A stretch of 63,712 nt of DNA from the IMG/VR virus record IMGVR_UViG_3300037067_013648; one strand, given 5' to 3'. Positions 60,187 to 63,712 of this stretch are shown here, in pieces. The stretch comes from an uncultured virus (IMG/VR IMGVR_UViG_3300037067_013648) (Duplodnaviria; Heunggongvirae; Uroviricota; Caudoviricetes). The first letter of the stretch is position 1; each line of letters begins with the position of its first letter. A program made the position numbers and the translations under genes. The notes under the pieces were generated by a model. It had not been told where the DNA came from and searched no databases. It worked only from the letters and a program-made list of their open reading frames with translations.

Positions 60187-60510
60187 ATGAAACCAATACA
60201 TCCTGGTGAAATACTCAAAGAAGAGTTTATCCATGACAGTTCATTAACTGCACTTGCAACTAATTTAGGTATATCTATTAGATATTTATCAGAAATCATT
60301 AGAGGTAAACGAAATATAAGTATACCAGTAGCCTATAAATTATCAGCCTATTATGGTAACAGTCCTAAGTTCTGGATAAATTTGCAGCTTGAATATAATA
60401 TTCAAAGATATGAACAGGCACTCGGTATCATAACAAGGATACCAATCAAACCGCGTTCAATACCGCTGGCCAGAGTAATACGAAGAAAAATCAAACGTCA
60501 TGAAAAATAA
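60187..60510 (+). CDS. higA: HigA-family antitoxin (orphan)
   Basis: PIHPGEILKEEF..LATNLGIS..LSEIIRGKRNIS..A.KLS..YGNSPKFWINLQ. Confidence 0.88.
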   Translation: MKPIHPGEILKEEFIHDSSLTALATNLGISIRYLSEIIRGKRNISIPVAYKLSAYYGNSPKFWINLQLEYNIQRYEQALGIITRIPIKPRSIPLARVIRRKIKRHEK

Positions 60511-60730
60511 ACCGTCGTTGGCTCAGATAATACAGATTGATGAGCGGATCATTTGGCATAAGTATCCAGAAGAAAAACCATCTGAACATCAGTTGCACAT
60601 GGGCAGAGCGCCAGCCATTGATGAAATGGGGTTCCTAGTAACTGCTTTATTTCATCATGGCGAAGCGATATGTTTAGATGTACCAATTATCATGTGGGCA
60701 GAGATTAATTTACCAATCATCAAGGTTTGA
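60500..60730 (+). CDS. hypothetical protein
   Basis: WHKYPEEKP...MWAEI; not RelE/HigB-like. Confidence 0.55.
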   Translation: MKNKPSLAQIIQIDERIIWHKYPEEKPSEHQLHMGRAPAIDEMGFLVTALFHHGEAICLDVPIIMWAEINLPIIKV

Positions 60731-60811
60731 GGGTTGGTGTAGGAAATAAGATTACGGTAATACATAATATTGACCGTCTTGAATCTACTTTGAAAGCGAC
60801 TAAGGAACGAT

Positions 60812-61375
60812 ATGAATGATATCATCATCAACTGTGAAAAAGTCATCAACGAAACTGTCAATGGTATTATCACATCTGTAATCGGATGTAGTACAATTAC
60901 TCCAGACATCGCACGTCAGATCGTACAGATTGGTATAACCGATAAAACGTATCGTGAGCAACGTTTAATTATAGCGACAAAGATACTAGCTGGATTGGTC
61001 GGGAACCCTGGAGGACCATACCAAGAAAACCCAAGGTCAGGTTGGGGCCTATGCAACTGCAATCATTCTCAAATAGCTAACGTAGCAATTACCTTAGCTG
61101 ATTCACTACTTACTGCAAATGAAATTACATCACTTCCGAATGACGCCAAGGACACTATACCACAAAAATTTAGTCCAACAGATAATGGCAAACATATACC
61201 AACAGTCAATCAAATTACAACCATAAAAGCACTTGATAAACTCAATAAAGAATATTTTTTAATACAGGAAACATTAGATAGCTTGACAGATGAAGAAAGA
61301 CTAACTTTAATATCACATTATTGTAAACATTGCGGCAGAAGAAATTCTAACTGTCAATGCCAAAATGATGAATAA
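60812..61375 (+). CDS. hypothetical protein
   Basis: AAGGA RBS; C-terminal CKHCG..CQCQNDE. Confidence 0.6.
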   Translation: MNDIIINCEKVINETVNGIITSVIGCSTITPDIARQIVQIGITDKTYREQRLIIATKILAGLVGNPGGPYQENPRSGWGLCNCNHSQIANVAITLADSLLTANEITSLPNDAKDTIPQKFSPTDNGKHIPTVNQITTIKALDKLNKEYFLIQETLDSLTDEERLTLISHYCKHCGRRNSNCQCQNDE

Positions 61376-61386
61376 TATTAATCAAT

Positions 61387-61405
61387 AGTTTCCTCTTAGG
61401 AAACT
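61387..61405. terminator. palindrome AGTTTCCT-CTT-AGGAAACT (terminator or operator)
   Basis: 8-bp arms followed by T-rich tract. Confidence 0.5.
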
Positions 61406-61420
61406 TTATATATTTTTAAA

Positions 61421-61885
61421 ATGAAAACAGAATATATCACAATAGAAGAATTAATAAATATAACAGGCATCACTGCATATCAACTAGCACAACTAAGACA
61501 ACATTACAACTGGCCACGACCAATAAAATATTGCAAAAAATATGTATTCAACAAAATAATAATATACCAAATAAAACAAATATTATTATCACAAAAATTA
61601 GGACAAAAAATAGCAGACATAATACCAAAACCACCACCAAAACCACTAAAGAAACCAATTACAATACTGCCAGAACAAATATTCATACCCCCTCCAAAAC
61701 CAAAAACAATAAAACAACCAACAACACCATACAAAACAGAACAAGCAAAAGAACTACACAAAAAACTAACAGAACTAATATTAAAACAATCAAAAAACAT
61801 AAACCAAATAATAGAAACATACCTACCACTAATCCCACCAATAGACAGACAAACCATAAAAGAATTTATCAAAATAAATAAATAA
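61421..61885 (+). CDS. Pro/Lys-rich protein with N-terminal excisionase/MerR-like HTH
   Basis: ITIEELINITGIT..QL....WPRP. Confidence 0.55.
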   Translation: MKTEYITIEELINITGITAYQLAQLRQHYNWPRPIKYCKKYVFNKIIIYQIKQILLSQKLGQKIADIIPKPPPKPLKKPITILPEQIFIPPPKPKTIKQPTTPYKTEQAKELHKKLTELILKQSKNINQIIETYLPLIPPIDRQTIKEFIKINK

Positions 61886-62026
61886 CATGAAATACGAAAT
61901 AGACAACATAGGATTTAATCCGCCGTCAAATCTTGATCATCAAATTCATAATCAAGTTAAATTCATAAAATTAATGGTTGAATTAAAAGAAGAATATGCT
62001 CAAAGACCTAACGATGTAGTTGTAAT

Positions 62027-62299
62027 ATGAATAGCTTAGAAATCGATTATGAAGAAATGATAAAAGAAATCAAGGAACAAAATCCTAATAACTATACTGA
62101 ATTAATCTACTCAATACTGGCAATAACTGGTGTTGGATGGAAAAGAAAACATGTTTGGAATACTCTTAAAATAATAGAAATGATAAAACCACTTGATGAA
62201 CAACTACGTAAAATAACCTATATAAAAGGAGAATTAATAGGACATAAATCAAGGTCTGACTATAATAGAACTCACAATATAAAAATAGATTTATCTTGA
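62027..62299 (+). CDS. hypothetical protein
   Basis: ORF track. Confidence 0.55.
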   Translation: MNSLEIDYEEMIKEIKEQNPNNYTELIYSILAITGVGWKRKHVWNTLKIIEMIKPLDEQLRKITYIKGELIGHKSRSDYNRTHNIKIDLS

Positions 62300-62322
62300 A
62301 TCTAAGAAATGTATAAAACAAT

Positions 62323-62616
62323 ATGAAAACCACATGCCCCCAAAACTGTAAATGCAAAAAAATATTACCAATGTATATAGACGACAACCAATCAGTCTAT
62401 ACATTAGACTTCCACAACGATAAACAAATAATGGCAAAAGCTATTAAAACAGCTTATACAGAACTACGCAAAAAATACACTATATGGCAAATCCAGCATA
62501 TGTTATTAGAAATAATTCAAAGCACTTCAACATTTGAACAAATATTAAAAGCAACACCAACAAAAGCTATGGACTTTGTAATAAAATCAAAACATGGTGG
62601 ACATTATGATAAATAA
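62323..62616 (+). CDS. hypothetical protein
   Basis: ORF track. Confidence 0.55.
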   Translation: MKTTCPQNCKCKKILPMYIDDNQSVYTLDFHNDKQIMAKAIKTAYTELRKKYTIWQIQHMLLEIIQSTSTFEQILKATPTKAMDFVIKSKHGGHYDK

Positions 62617-62791
62617 CCTAAATGAATATGAAGTAGCAGGACACTTCATACGCAGAAAAGACGCATCACCACAAAAACCATCCCCATTATATTCAACAGC
62701 AGATCTATTCAAAATACTACAACAAGAACACAACCTACGAATCAAAATAGAAAAAGAACTACAAAATCTTTTAAATAAGGAAATAAAATAA
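62594..62791 (+). CDS. hypothetical protein
   Basis: ORF track. Confidence 0.5.
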   Translation: MVDIMINNLNEYEVAGHFIRRKDASPQKPSPLYSTADLFKILQQEHNLRIKIEKELQNLLNKEIK

Positions 62792-62793
62792 AT

Positions 62794-63036
62794 ATGGCTA
62801 AATTACTTAATACTGCATGGGATACATACGCTAAATGTGTTATTCCAAGTGATGCTTCTGAAATTCAACATATTGAATGTAAACGTACTTTTATGGCTGG
62901 TGCATATGCGTTCATAACGGAATTGAAAAAATCTACACCTGGCATTTGCGGTACTAATACTGAAGATGTAGTATGGAATGGCATGGATAGAGAAATAAAA
63001 GAATTCTTAAATGATGTTAAGAATGGTAAATCATAA
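62794..63036 (+). CDS. hypothetical protein
   Basis: AAGGA RBS. Confidence 0.6.
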   Translation: MAKLLNTAWDTYAKCVIPSDASEIQHIECKRTFMAGAYAFITELKKSTPGICGTNTEDVVWNGMDREIKEFLNDVKNGKS

Positions 63037-63051
63037 GTTAGATTATACCAA

Positions 63052-63068
63052 GTTTCCTCCAAGGAAAC
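63052..63068. terminator. palindrome GTTTCCT-CCA-AGGAAAC between convergent genes
   Basis: Same arms and 3-nt spacer as 61387. Confidence 0.5.
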
Positions 63069-63140
63069 ATACAGAATATATTAAGAAAAACACTCAAACT
63101 ATATTAAAAATATTCAAATAATACTCAGATAACAGAAGTC

Positions 63141-63359
63141 TCAAGAAATAATATTTTTAGCTTTCCTATCAACTCTCATCTCAAGATCAGCACCAAAACC
63201 ATCACTCATACTCTTAATAAAGCCAGGAAACCTATCCTCGGCAGCCAAAATAACATCAACATTAATAGTAACAATACCATCACAACAATTCTTAAACCTC
63301 TTCCCACTACCACAAGGACAAGGTTCACGACGAGGAAAAAGAGAAACAGGCTCACCCAT
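63141..63359 (-). CDS. SEC-C motif protein
   Basis: RREPCPCGSGKRFKNCC. Confidence 0.8.
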   Translation of the reverse strand: MGEPVSLFPRREPCPCGSGKRFKNCCDGIVTINVDVILAAEDRFPGFIKSMSDGFGADLEMRVDRKAKNIIS

Positions 63360-63364
63360 TGAAA

Positions 63365-63712
63365 TTATTTCCTATTAATAATTGGTTTACGTACTGAAGT
63401 AGCCCAAGCTTGTTCCTTGGCTATATCGTTAGCAGTAGAAGCATCACCTTCATTATACGGTATCAATGATGCAATCTTGGATTTTAAAATTGTACCAGCA
63501 AGACCTGGAACAGTTAATGGTACATCAACAATATCATCCAATTTATCAGAACCATCTAACTTATCCAAAGTATTAAAAATAATCTTATCACCACAAAAAA
63601 CAGAATAAACAGAAATACCAATTTCACGCGTAATATTTTTAGCTAATAATTTAGCCTTAATATCAGAATCAGCAGAAAACTTAACAAACTCAGAATCACC
63701 CCACTTAATAGA
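63365..63712 (-). CDS. 3' part of a hypothetical gene starting beyond the window
   Basis: Frame open from the window edge (SIKWGDSEFVKF...). Confidence 0.6.
   Translation of the reverse strand, partial: SIKWGDSEFVKFSADSDIKAKLLAKNITREIGISVYSVFCGDKIIFNTLDKLDGSDKLDDIVDVPLTVPGLAGTILKSKIASLIPYNEGDASTANDIAKEQAWATSVRKPIINRK

Noticed and set aside
61504..61881. Overlapping ORFs 61504-61872(-) and 61531-61881(+)
   Set aside because: By-products of A/C-biased composition lacking stop codons.
1..63712. Genome-wide TAG or TGA reassignment
   Set aside because: Long conserved genes are uninterrupted in code 11; nrdD and others end at TAG at plausible C-termini; only one clear internal TAG was found.

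Overview
Very AT-rich, gene-dense segment of a large (jumbo/huge-type) dsDNA tailed bacteriophage genome, read in the standard code. From left to right it holds: a MoxR AAA+ / DUF2201-VWA pair; an OB-less ATP-dependent ligase-like nucleotidyltransferase; a sigma70-family factor with a Zn-ribbon insertion; baseplate/tail genes; three Ser-rich, probably virion-associated proteins (LamG-Ser-Kelch, Ser-Ig, and an 1158-aa Ser/Thr repeat protein); a nucleotide-metabolism block (dUTPase, class II NrdJ, class III NrdD/NrdG, ThyA, MazG-like, dTMP kinase, uridine kinase, 5'-deoxynucleotidase); RarA with degenerate Walker motifs; NAD-dependent ligase; an HNH endonuclease whose RBS and start sit in a 17-bp hairpin; and a long run of small accessory ORFs (macro, HD, SLOG-2H fusion, Pth2, orphan HigA, methyltransferases, radical SAM, glycosyltransferase-like). 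Signals read from the DNA and absent from the ORF track: an 81-nt D-arm-less tRNA-like gene with a D-loop-like motif displaced 3' of the anticodon arm; three promoter-like motif classes, two of them often exactly 5 nt before ATG (leaderless genes); a LAGLIDADG remnant; an ORF with one in-frame amber; small membrane ORFs; and repeated palindromes. All protein calls come from motif recognition by eye, not database searches.
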